Source: an uncultured Verrucomicrobiae bacterium
GTDB lineage: Bacteria > Verrucomicrobiota > Verrucomicrobiia > Chthoniobacterales > UBA10450
Length of the DNA: 64,000 nucleotides
NCBI GenBank assembly: GCA_963815455.1
Contig: CAWFGO010000001.1
Location: 1,376,001 to 1,440,000, forward strand
Direction of reading: 5' to 3'
Shown here: positions 40,934-49,720 of the stretch, in pieces
How positions within the stretch are numbered: the stretch's first letter is position 1
Layout: each line of letters opens with the position of its first letter
Translations under genes and position numbers: made by a program
Notes under the pieces: generated by a model
What the model was told of the DNA's origin: nothing
The model's database searches: none
The model's input: the letters and a program-made list of their open reading frames with translations, nothing else

Positions 40934-41821
40934 TCAGGAATATTTACCGCCGATCTCTGCGTTCAGCTTGATCACGTTTGTAAAGGACGGACCTATCGGC
41001 ACCTCAACGCCGCGTTGTTGCAGCGCCTCGATCACGCTTTCCGTGGGAATGTTTCCGATCAGCGAATCCTGCGCGAAGGGACAGCCGCCCAGACCGCCGA
41101 TGGCGGAATCGAACCGTCGGCAGCCGGCATCGTACGCCGCGAGAATTTTCCCCACGGCTTCGGCGCGCGTGCTGTGCAAATGCACGCCAATCTCACCGAT
41201 GTCGATCTTCGAGGACTGGACAACGCGCTTAATTAATTCAGGTCCGGCGAGGCCAACGGTATCGGCCAGGGAGATCGTTCGAATACCGTTCGCGGAAATT
41301 TTCTCAATTGCTCGGGTCAGTTCCGCTTCGCCCCAGGGGTCGCCGTAGGGATTGCCAAACGCCATCGAAACATAAACAACGATGGCGATGTTCGCGCGGT
41401 CGGCCTGCTTCTTGATCGCCTCCAAAACGCGAAAGTTATCTTCGAGCGATTGATTCTGATTACGGCGCAGAAACGTTTCCGAAATTGAGCAGGGATAACC
41501 GAGTGTTGAAACGCGCCCGGTGGCGATGGCGCGCTCGGCGCCTTTCTCGTTCACAACAATCCCAATAATCTCGACCGCGCCCTTTGTAGGGGAAGCTGAC
41601 AGCTTCCCTTCCGGCAGATCAAGCTGGGCCAGCACTTGTTCGCTATCCGCCATTTGCGGCACCGCCTTTGGCGAGACAAAGCTCACCGCATCGATGTGTT
41701 TAAATCCCGCACCGATGAGCCCGCGCAAATACTGGACTTTCAGCTCGGTCGGGATTTGTCGATGGAGTCCCTGCCAGGCATCGCGAGGGCATTCGATCAA
41801 TTTCACGGATTCGCCGGACAT
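40934..41821 (-). CDS. Hydroxymethylglutaryl-CoA lyase
   Basis: ECPRDAWQG, SFVSPKAVPQMAD, SLADTVG, GVHLH, GLGGCPFA. Confidence 0.93.
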   Translation of the reverse strand: MSGESVKLIECPRDAWQGLHRQIPTELKVQYLRGLIGAGFKHIDAVSFVSPKAVPQMADSEQVLAQLDLPEGKLSASPTKGAVEIIGIVVNEKGAERAIATGRVSTLGYPCSISETFLRRNQNQSLEDNFRVLEAIKKQADRANIAIVVYVSMAFGNPYGDPWGEAELTRAIEKISANGIRTISLADTVGLAGPELIKRVVQSSKIDIGEIGVHLHSTRAEAVGKILAAYDAGCRRFDSAIGGLGGCPFAQDSLIGNIPTESVIEALQQRGVEVPIGPSFTNVIKLNAEIGGKYS

Positions 41822-41875
41822 TTGGGCAACATGCGCGAAATGTGAAAAGCCGCGAATTTTCGGTAAAGGTGGACT

Positions 41876-43681
41876 GTGACCAAAGAGCAAATCGCTGGCG
41901 CGCTTCAGCAAATCGCGACGCTTTTGGAATTGAAGGATGAAAATCCGTTCAAGATTCGCGCCTATGCCAACGCCGCGCGTTCGATTGAAACTTTCGGCGG
42001 AAACCTCTCCGATTTGCAGGACGAGGAAGCGCTGGCCAAAATCCCGGGGATCGGCAAGGCGATCGCGGCCAAGATTGGCGAACTGGCCGCAACCGGCTCG
42101 CTAAAATATCTGGAGGAGCTTCGCGCGGATTTTCCGGCGGCGATTCTGGAATTGTTTTCCATCCCGGGGCTCGGCGCGAAGAAAATCAAAGCGCTTCATG
42201 AAAAGCTTCAGGTCAGCTCGATCGATCAGTTGCTGAAAGCATGCGAATCCGGCCGGGTGGCCGAGTTGCCTGGGTTTGGCGAAACCACCCAGCAAAAACT
42301 TTCCGATGCCATCGCCAAACGCACGGCGCACGCTGGCTCGTTTCAATTTGGCGAGGTTGCGGCCGAAGCGGAAACGCTGCGGACCGATCTGGCGGCGCAT
42401 CCCGACGCGCTGCATGTCGATGTTGCGGGAAGTTATCGACGCCGGAAGGAGATCGTGCGCGATCTCGACTTTATCGTGGCCACCAAAAAACCGGCTGCGA
42501 TCACGAAATTTTTTGCGGAGCATTCGCTGGTGGAATCGATCATTGCCCGGGGGCCCACGAAAACGAGCGTCCGCTTGCGATCCGGCATTCAGGCCGATCT
42601 CCGCGTGATTAGCGGAGCCGAGTATCCCTTTGCGCTCAATTATTTCACTGGCAGCAAGGAGCACAACATCGAAATGCGTAACCGCGCTCTCAAGCGCGGT
42701 TGGACATTGAACGAGTACCGGCTCGCTCCGTTGCCGCCCGATCCGAAAGTGCGAGCCGCACGGGCAGATAAAGCCGGAGGGGCGAAAAGCGGCGGACGGG
42801 AAGTCGGAAAATTAAAAATTCCAAAGATCCACGATGAAGCGGATCTCTATCGCGCGGTTAATCTCGATTTTGTTCCACCCGAGCTCCGCGAGAACTGTGG
42901 CGAGTTTGACGCCGCCGAAAAGCACGCGCTTCCGAAATTGATCGAGAAGGAAAATCTGCGCGGCACATTTCACTGCCATACCCTGGCCAGCGACGGGCAC
43001 GCTTCGTTGGAAGAAATGGCGGACGCAGCGCAGGAACTTGGCCTGGAATATTTGGGTATCGCCGATCACAGCCGCAGCTCGATTCAGGCGCACGGGATCG
43101 ACGAAGCGAAACTGCGAGCGCAGGTCGCCGCGATTCGCAAGCTCAACAAGAAATTCGATGGGTTTCGCCTATTCGCAGGGGTCGAGTGCGACATTCTGCG
43201 GGACGGCGCGCTCGATTTTCCGGATGAAGTTTTGGCGCTACTGGATTACGTCGTCGTTTCCGTTCATTCCGTTTTCAATCTGAGCGAAGCGGACATGACC
43301 AAGCGCGTAATTCGTGCCATAGAGAATCCATTCGTCACCATGCTGGCGCATCCGACCGGGCGATTGCTTTTGAAGCGCGAGGCGTATCAGATCGATATCC
43401 CGGCCGTTCTCGATGCAGCGGCGCGTACCGGCACATGGATCGAACTGAACGCGGCGCCCAAGCGGCTCGATCTCGACTGGCGCTGGTGGCCCCTGGCCAA
43501 ACAAAAAGGAGTCAAATGCGTGATCAATCCGGATGCTCATCGCACGGAGCGGTTACAGGATCTTTGGTACGGCATTGGCATTGCCCGAAAAGGCTGGTTA
43601 ACAAAAACGGATGTGGTGAACTGCCTGCCCCTGGCGAAGATCGAGAAGGCGCTGCGGGCGAAGCGGACAGCGATGATGTAG
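41876..43681 (+). CDS. polX: DNA polymerase X with PHP 3'-5' exonuclease domain
   Basis: ENPFKIRAY, GSYRR, DLD, YFTGSKEHN, HCHT.ASDG, ADHS, AHPTGR, NPDAH. Confidence 0.96.
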   Translation: MTKEQIAGALQQIATLLELKDENPFKIRAYANAARSIETFGGNLSDLQDEEALAKIPGIGKAIAAKIGELAATGSLKYLEELRADFPAAILELFSIPGLGAKKIKALHEKLQVSSIDQLLKACESGRVAELPGFGETTQQKLSDAIAKRTAHAGSFQFGEVAAEAETLRTDLAAHPDALHVDVAGSYRRRKEIVRDLDFIVATKKPAAITKFFAEHSLVESIIARGPTKTSVRLRSGIQADLRVISGAEYPFALNYFTGSKEHNIEMRNRALKRGWTLNEYRLAPLPPDPKVRAARADKAGGAKSGGREVGKLKIPKIHDEADLYRAVNLDFVPPELRENCGEFDAAEKHALPKLIEKENLRGTFHCHTLASDGHASLEEMADAAQELGLEYLGIADHSRSSIQAHGIDEAKLRAQVAAIRKLNKKFDGFRLFAGVECDILRDGALDFPDEVLALLDYVVVSVHSVFNLSEADMTKRVIRAIENPFVTMLAHPTGRLLLKREAYQIDIPAVLDAAARTGTWIELNAAPKRLDLDWRWWPLAKQKGVKCVINPDAHRTERLQDLWYGIGIARKGWLTKTDVVNCLPLAKIEKALRAKRTAMM

Positions 43682-43757
43682 CCGCCTCGCTGTGTCGAGG
43701 CGTATGCGTGGCATGGGCTTCCAGCCCATGTCCCATCGGCAGGATGCCGATGCTACG
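43677..43757. repeat. REP-like hairpin cluster; its GTAG supplies the polX stop codon
   Basis: TGTAGCCGCCTCGCTGTGTCGAGGCG; CATGGGCTTCCAGCCCATG; CATCGGCAGGATGCCGATG. Confidence 0.75.
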
Positions 43758-43760
43758 GTC

Positions 43761-45323
43761 TCACCCGCCCAGGCGGGTCTCGGCCAGATCGAGATCGCGC
43801 TGGATCCGGCGCAGCGCGTCGTCGTTTATGACCCGCTCATTGCGAAGGCGGATAATGGTCTGGCGCTCCACATCGAGCGCCCGTTGCTGAAGCCGTTGAA
43901 ATTGCGGAGTCGCGATCTCGCCCCGGCATTCCTCGGGCTTATCCGCGCACAACTCGAGTTGTTGCATCCGCTCGTCGTACTCCACGCGCAATCGTTGCAC
44001 GGCATCGACGGCGAATTCCCCCTTCACCGAGAGCTGTTCGATCAAAGCAATAGCGGCTTTGTTTGCTTCCACCCGCGCCGTTCGCTCCTCTTCATCGGTC
44101 GCACCGTCGCCGCGAATTCGTAGTTTTCGAATCACGAAGGGCAGGGTGAGTCCTTGAAACACCAGCGTAGTGAGAATGACGCAGAAGGTGAGAAACAAAA
44201 TGTAGTTCCGGCCGGGAAACGCGAACGGCAACGCGAATGCCGCTGCCAGCGAAACGACGCCACGCATGCCTGCCCAGGCCACCACAGCGACGCTCTGCCA
44301 TTCGGGGAACGGCTCGCGGGCCCGGATTTTCTTGCTGAGCAAGAACGGCAAATACCCGCCCGGAAACACCCAGGCAATTCGAACGAGCACAACTGCTGCG
44401 CTAACCAGCAGTGCATTCTCGATGGGCGAAAAGAGCGACTCGCGCTTCAGCGAGTGCAGGATTTCAGGCAGCTGCAATCCGATTGTGATGAACACAAAGC
44501 CGTTGATGAGAAACACCACGATCTCCCAGAACGCGAATGCCTGGAGACGATACCGCGCTTTCACGATGAGCGGCGAATGCCAGCCGAGATAAATCCCGGA
44601 CGTCACCACGGCAAGGACCCCGGAAACATGCAAGCGCTCTGCGGGCAGATAGGCCAGAAACGGTGTGAGCAACGAAACGGTAATTTGCACCGGCGGATCG
44701 TCCAAGTGCCGATGCACCCAGCGAATGGCCAGGCCGACCAGCCAGCCAAAGCCAATCCCGCCTGCCGCGACCCAAACAAAACGCAAGCCGGCCTGCCCTA
44801 ACGAGAAACTTCCAGTCACTACCGCGGCAACCGCAAATTGGAGCGCCACCAGCGCGGTCGCGTCGTTCACCAGGCTTTCCCCTTCCAAAATGATTTGGAT
44901 CCGATGCGGGACCGGGAGCCGCCGAATAATACTCGTCGCCGCGATCGCATCCGGCGGAGAAACAATCGCGCCCAGGGCAAAGGCCGAAGCCCACGGCAAC
45001 CACGGAATGAGCGAGTGCGCCACCCAGGCAACGACGACCATCGTGAACAAGACCAGACCGATCGCGAGCAGTAGAATCGAGCGCAAATTTCGCCGGAAAT
45101 CGCGCCAGGAGGTGAACAAAGCTGCTGGATAAAGAATTGGCGGCAAGAAGAAGAAGAAAACAATGTTCGGATCGAGTTTCACTCCCGGCAGGCGCGGAAT
45201 GAAACTCAAGACCAGGCCGACCAGGACGAGCACGACCGGATACGGCAGGGCAAGTTTCCGCGCGAACAGGACCGACGCCGAGACGATCGCGAAGAGAAGA
45301 ACGATGATTTCTGACTGGTGCAT
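43761..45323 (-). CDS. Na+/H+ antiporter, CPA1 family
   Basis: FLPPILY, AIVSPPDAIA, LEGESLVNDA, WAGMRGVVSLAAA. Confidence 0.95.
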   Translation of the reverse strand: MHQSEIIVLLFAIVSASVLFARKLALPYPVVLVLVGLVLSFIPRLPGVKLDPNIVFFFFLPPILYPAALFTSWRDFRRNLRSILLLAIGLVLFTMVVVAWVAHSLIPWLPWASAFALGAIVSPPDAIAATSIIRRLPVPHRIQIILEGESLVNDATALVALQFAVAAVVTGSFSLGQAGLRFVWVAAGGIGFGWLVGLAIRWVHRHLDDPPVQITVSLLTPFLAYLPAERLHVSGVLAVVTSGIYLGWHSPLIVKARYRLQAFAFWEIVVFLINGFVFITIGLQLPEILHSLKRESLFSPIENALLVSAAVVLVRIAWVFPGGYLPFLLSKKIRAREPFPEWQSVAVVAWAGMRGVVSLAAAFALPFAFPGRNYILFLTFCVILTTLVFQGLTLPFVIRKLRIRGDGATDEEERTARVEANKAAIALIEQLSVKGEFAVDAVQRLRVEYDERMQQLELCADKPEECRGEIATPQFQRLQQRALDVERQTIIRLRNERVINDDALRRIQRDLDLAETRLGG

Positions 45324-45343
45324 CGTTAATTCGAAAAGCAGTT

Positions 45344-45372
45344 AACCACGAATGAACACGAATTGACACGAA
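45344..45372 (+). repeat. Triple 10-bp-period repeat CACGAATnnA
   Basis: AACCACGAATGAACACGAATTGACACGAA; near-identical copy at 48228..48257. Confidence 0.8.
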
Positions 45373-45397
45373 AGGAATGCGTCCAAGACTTCCGCGC

Positions 45398-45472
45398 TGT
45401 AGCCGAGGGCGTTGACCTCGGCCGCTGCGGCGAGAATAACTCAAATAGCCGCGGTCAGCGGCCGCGGCTACA
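45398..45472. repeat. REP doublet TGTAGCCG...CGGCTACA
   Basis: Inverted ends with internal hairpins CCGAGG..CCTCGG and GCCGCGG..CCGCGGC. Confidence 0.8.
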
Positions 45473-45828
45473 GCTTTGGCCTTCGCCCGGTTTGCCTGTA
45501 GTTCCGCTAGATGTTTCTCGGACCAGCGGCAAAGCCCCTGCAGCGGCTCGATCAATGTCCGACCGAGCCGGGTCAGGGAATACTCCACTTTCGGCGGCAC
45601 GACCGGATACACTTTGCGTTCGACGAGACCGTCACGCTCGAGACTGCGCAACGTCTGCGTCAGCATTTTTTGCGAAATGCCGCCGATCTCCCGCTGCAGC
45701 TCGGCGTAACGCATCGTGCCGCCGGCCAGAATTTGAATCACCAACGCCGTCCATTTGTCTGCGATCCGATCCAGCACGAGGCGGGAAGGACACTGCGGCT
45801 CTAGAACAGAAGGCGGAGATTTGCCCAT
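45468..45828 (-). CDS. HxlR-family winged-helix transcriptional regulator; 3' end uncertain
   Basis: CPSRLVLDRIADKWT, GISQKMLTQTLRSLERDGLV, VPPKVEYSLT; no in-frame stop until 44464 as given. Confidence 0.9.
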
Positions 45829-46005
45829 GGCCCTTCCTATCTTAAGTCCAACTGGCACGCAACATCCCAATTGGTGCGTATAGGCAAGATCGACATGTAG
45901 TTGACGCTCGATTCGGTTGATCCGAAATTCGAGAAATGCCAACCATGACTTTCCCAAACGAAGAGCCTGTGGCTCTCGATTTTCTATCGCCGGCCCGCAG
46001 GTAAG

Positions 46006-46069
46006 TGTAGGGGCGGGAGTGTCGCCCGCAAATTCGAATATTCTCGCGGCCGGCAAGGCCGCCTCTACA
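46006..46069. repeat. REP doublet TGTAGGGGCG...CGCCTCTACA
   Basis: Inverted ends and two internal hairpins. Confidence 0.8.
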
Positions 46070-46085
46070 GTAAAACCAGCGTGCA

Positions 46086-46205
46086 ATGAAGGTTCTCATC
46101 ATAGGTTCGGGCGGCCGCGAACATCCGCCACCGCGAGGCTACGGCGGGACAGGCGCGCTGGCTTTGAAATTGAAGGATCGGCAAGGGGCGATCGAATTTT
46201 TTGCC
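46086..46205 (+). pseudogene. Degenerate duplicate of the purD 5' end with a 30-bp insert
   Basis: MKVLIIGSGGREH[PPPRGYGGTG]ALALKLK vs purD VKILVIGSGGREHALAWKLK; DNA similarity continues to GATCGAATTTTTTGC. Confidence 0.88.
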
Positions 46206-46247
46206 GGACAATGTGCTCTTGCCTGGCACTCCTAAAGCTTGCAGAAT

Positions 46248-46715
46248 ATGAGCATGCCGGTATTTGACGAACTCCCGTTGGAGCGCGCCTCCGAACGCGC
46301 ACTGCGGAACGAGTGGCAGCGGCTGGAGCGCTATTTGGAGCACCATAAACTGTCGCCGTTAGAGGGCTGGAAGCGTATCTATGAAGAATGGCGAGCGGCC
46401 TATGAATATTTTCGGGCGATAGAACAGCAGACACTTTATGCCCCGACCGAGGATGAGAATCCAATCACGCCAGATGCTGAATCCCTTCATTTTCACGGCA
46501 AGCTGCTGCGCCTCCTCCTCGAATCCGGGGAGGACTGGTTCAATTTCTTGATGACTCTAACGCTCGATGAATCTGAAGAGATGGAGCGGATGGAGTACAA
46601 TTCTCGCCTCTACACGCTTCTGGATGCCTTGAAGGAGTCCTTGATTCTTTGGCACTCGGCGGAACCGGCCAGCGGCCGGGATATCAGACGGCTTTTTTCA
46701 AACGCTGCCGGATAA
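46248..46715 (+). CDS. Hypothetical acidic helical protein, ~155 aa
   Basis: Clean ORF, E/L/R-rich, no recognised motif. Confidence 0.75.
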   Translation: MSMPVFDELPLERASERALRNEWQRLERYLEHHKLSPLEGWKRIYEEWRAAYEYFRAIEQQTLYAPTEDENPITPDAESLHFHGKLLRLLLESGEDWFNFLMTLTLDESEEMERMEYNSRLYTLLDALKESLILWHSAEPASGRDIRRLFSNAAG

Positions 46716-46724
46716 GAACGGCGC

Positions 46725-46958
46725 GTGTCACTCGGTCCTAAATTAGAGGAAATCTTCGCGGCGTGGTACGAGTTTGACCACGCGCCAGACGAACAAACGA
46801 AGGGGTTGCGCCGTGCGCACAGAGACACGCTGATTCGTTCTGCCTTGCTCCCTCATGATCTGAGAATTATCGATTTCTTGCGCACGTATCGCGACGATTA
46901 TAGAAAATGGATCATCGATTCGAAGCTGGATGCGCGGTTTCGAAGACGGCGATACTAG
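46725..46958 (+). CDS. Hypothetical protein, 77 aa, basic C-terminus
   Basis: GTG start 9 nt after previous stop; ends 15 nt before purD. Confidence 0.65.
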   Translation: MSLGPKLEEIFAAWYEFDHAPDEQTKGLRRAHRDTLIRSALLPHDLRIIDFLRTYRDDYRKWIIDSKLDARFRRRRY

Positions 46959-46973
46959 TGAATTGCTTATGCT

Positions 46974-48249
46974 GTGAAGATTCTTGTAATCGGAAGCGGT
47001 GGCCGCGAGCATGCGCTGGCTTGGAAATTGAAACAATCGGCACGCGTCGATCGGAATTTTTTGCGCGCCCGGCAATGCGGGAACGGCGTTGATCGGCGAC
47101 AACGTTGAAATCAAGGTTAGCGACCTGCCTGCGCTGGTTCGGTTTGCGAAAGAGAACAATGTCGACCTGACGGTGGTCGGGCCGGACGATCCGCTGGCGG
47201 CTGGGATTGTCGATCTTTTCACTGCTGAGAAACTGCGCGTGTTCGGGCCTACCAAATCGGCTGCGCGGCTCGAGTCGTCGAAGATTTTCGCCAAGGAGCT
47301 GATGCGTGCGCAAAACATTCCGACTGCGCAGGCGGGAACGTTTTCAAATAGCGACGACGCGCTGCGATATTGCGAGCGACTTCAGTTTCCGGTGGTGATC
47401 AAGGCGGACGGCCTCGCACTCGGCAAGGGTGTGATCATTGCGTCCGACGCCGCGGCGGCAGGATCGACAATCGATGAGATGATGAATCAAGGACGGTTTG
47501 GCGAAGCGGGCCGGAATATTGTGATCGAGGAATTTTTGCGCGGTTCGGAGTGTTCATTGCACGCGTTGGTCGATGGTGGGAATTATCTGATGCTGGAAAC
47601 GGCTCGCGATCACAAACGCGCTTTTGATGGCGACAAGGGCCCGAACACCGGCGGTATGGGCGCGTTTAGTCCGGCTAATAATTGGAGCGCCGAACTTCAA
47701 AAGCAGTTCGATCAGAAAATTATGCGCCCGCTGCTCGATGGGTTGCGCGAACAGGGAATCGCATTTCGCGGGCTGCTTTTTCCGGGGCTCATGATCACCG
47801 ACACCGGCGCGCGCGTGCTTGAATTCAATTGCCGGTTTGGCGATCCGGAGACGCAGGCCATTTTGCCGAGAATGAAATCGGATTTGCTGCCGCTGCTCGA
47901 AGCGACGATCGACAAGAAGATCGACAAGTGCGCAATCGAATGGGACCCGCGCCCGTCGGTCACGGTCGTGCTCGCTTCGGGTGGTTACCCGGACAAATAC
48001 GAAACGGGCAAACCGATCTCGGGCCTGGATGAAGCGGCAAAGCTTGATGACGTCCAAATCTTTCACGCCGGAACGCGGCGCGCGAATGGCGGCATTGTGA
48101 CTGCCGGCGGGCGAGTGCTTGCGGTCACGGCGTTAGGATCGACAATCGACGCGGCTCGGACTCGGGCATACGAAGCGGCTTCACAAATTCATTTCGAGGG
48201 TTGTCGTTTCCGGCGCGATATTGCTGCAACCACGAATGTACACGAATAG
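46974..48249 (+). CDS. purD: Phosphoribosylamine--glycine ligase, one extra base near 47053
   Basis: GSGGREHAL; APGNAG; LESSKIFAK; KADGLALGKGV; DHKR..DGDKGPNTGGMG; EFNCRFGDPETQ. Confidence 0.97.
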
Positions 48250-48257
48250 ACACGAAT
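48228..48257 (+). repeat. Triple 10-bp-period repeat overlapping the purD stop
   Basis: AACCACGAATGTACACGAATAGACACGAAT. Confidence 0.8.
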
Positions 48258-48293
48258 TTGGGAGCGTGCGGACATTGTGCCCGAGGCGTGCGT

Positions 48294-48369
48294 TGTAGCG
48301 TCCGCTGTCCCCATCGGATTGTGCGTAATCGCCGGGCGCGTTGATGCGCTGAGGACAGCGCACGCTACA
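48294..48369. repeat. REP doublet TGTAGCGT...ACGCTACA
   Basis: TGTAGCGTCCGCTGTCC ... GGACAGCGCACGCTACA inverted repeat. Confidence 0.8.
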
Positions 48370-48427
48370 GCCAAAAGAGGATCGGCCGATTGAGCGAATG
48401 TGAAATGCGGGTAAGATCGACTTGGCG

Positions 48428-49558
48428 ATGTTCCGCTCCACCTGGCCGGCGTTGATCGGCGTCTTGATAACGGCGAGTAGCTTCGCGCAATCGCCTTCTC
48501 CGCCTCCGGCGTCGCCGAATCGGCCGCCCACGCCCACGAAATCGAGCCCGCCCCCTGCGCCGTCGCCCTCGGCCACGCCGACGACGAACGAACTGATTAA
48601 CTTGTTAAGCCAGACTGATCTTCAGGCAATCATCGCGCTGTTGAAGAGCAATTTCACAAACCCGGAGGCGCTTGGCGAAGTGGAATTGAATCGCGCAACG
48701 GTCCAGGGCTTGATCGATCGGCTGTCGCGCGGCGTAATGCTTTTGCCGGGCCCGAAAAGCGTGCAGTCAGAACCGGCGGCGCCGTTCTACAGCGAAATCA
48801 TGGAGGGACACATCGGTTACTTGCGCCTTGGCACGCTTAACGCCGCCAATCTTCAGTCGATGGACAAGGCTCTCGCCACGTTTGCTTCCAAGAAAGTGGA
48901 CGCGCTTATTGTCGATCTTCGCGCCAGTGGACCGGCTAACGATTTCCCAGTAGCGGCTGATTTTGCGAAACGTTTCTGCCCGAAAGGCAAACCGCTCTTT
49001 GGATTACGTAAACCGGCAGCGCGGCAGAATCGCGTCTTCACATCCGACCGTGATCCGACGTTTCAAGGCTTGATCACGATATTAACTGATGGTGAGACCG
49101 CTGGCGGGGCCGAAGCGCTGGCCGGCGCGCTGCGGACCTACGACAAAGCGATGATTATCGGCCAGCCGACCGCCGGTCGCGCGGTTGAGTATTCGGACCT
49201 GCCTTTGCCGAGCGGCGCAATCTTGCGCGTGGCGGTGGCCGAAGCGGCGTTGCCGCAGGGCCAGGCGTTGTTTCCCGGCGGCATAAAGCCGGATTTGCCG
49301 GTGGAGATGTCGATGGTGGACAAGCGGCAGATTTTTCAACGAAGCGCCGAAAAGGGAATGGGACAATTCGTTTACGAAACAGAACGGCCGCACATGAACG
49401 AGGCCGCGCTTCTCGCGGGGACAAACCCTGAGGTGGATGCGGCCGAGGCAGCACAACGGCGTCGCGAGCGGGGTCCGGAGAAACCGGCCATGCATGACGT
49501 GGTATTGCAACGCGCGCTCGATCTGGTCACCTCGCTCGAGATTTACGAGAAGCGGTAG
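48428..49558 (+). CDS. Secreted S41 (CtpA-like) peptidase homolog, probably inactive
   Basis: Signal peptide, Pro-rich linker, IGYLRL, LIVDLR, ETAGGAEALAGAL, IIGQPTAGR, GIKPD, LQRALDL. Confidence 0.85.
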   Translation: MFRSTWPALIGVLITASSFAQSPSPPPASPNRPPTPTKSSPPPAPSPSATPTTNELINLLSQTDLQAIIALLKSNFTNPEALGEVELNRATVQGLIDRLSRGVMLLPGPKSVQSEPAAPFYSEIMEGHIGYLRLGTLNAANLQSMDKALATFASKKVDALIVDLRASGPANDFPVAADFAKRFCPKGKPLFGLRKPAARQNRVFTSDRDPTFQGLITILTDGETAGGAEALAGALRTYDKAMIIGQPTAGRAVEYSDLPLPSGAILRVAVAEAALPQGQALFPGGIKPDLPVEMSMVDKRQIFQRSAEKGMGQFVYETERPHMNEAALLAGTNPEVDAAEAAQRRRERGPEKPAMHDVVLQRALDLVTSLEIYEKR

Positions 49559-49577
49559 TTGCGCGTAATCGGCTTTC

Positions 49578-49711
49578 GGGGAGCACAGGCCGCTGGCCTG
49601 TAGTTCGCGGCAGCTTGCCGCGAACATGTTGCGCGAACTCGAGTCGTTGGCATTGCGTAAATGCATTCGGCGCAGCGGCCGAATGCTGCAGGCTGGTAGC
49701 CTGCGCTCCCC
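49578..49711. repeat. REPIN/BIME-like composite palindrome, copy B (intergenic)
   Basis: GGGGAGCACAGGCCGCTGGCCTGT ... GCAGGCTGGTAGCCTGCGCTCCCC with four hairpins. Confidence 0.88.
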
Positions 49712-49720
49712 AGAATCGTG

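Noticed and set aside
44464..46086. 540-aa ORF as one real protein
   Set aside because: Only ~120 aa are HxlR-like; the rest is translated REP DNA and an alternative frame of the antiporter
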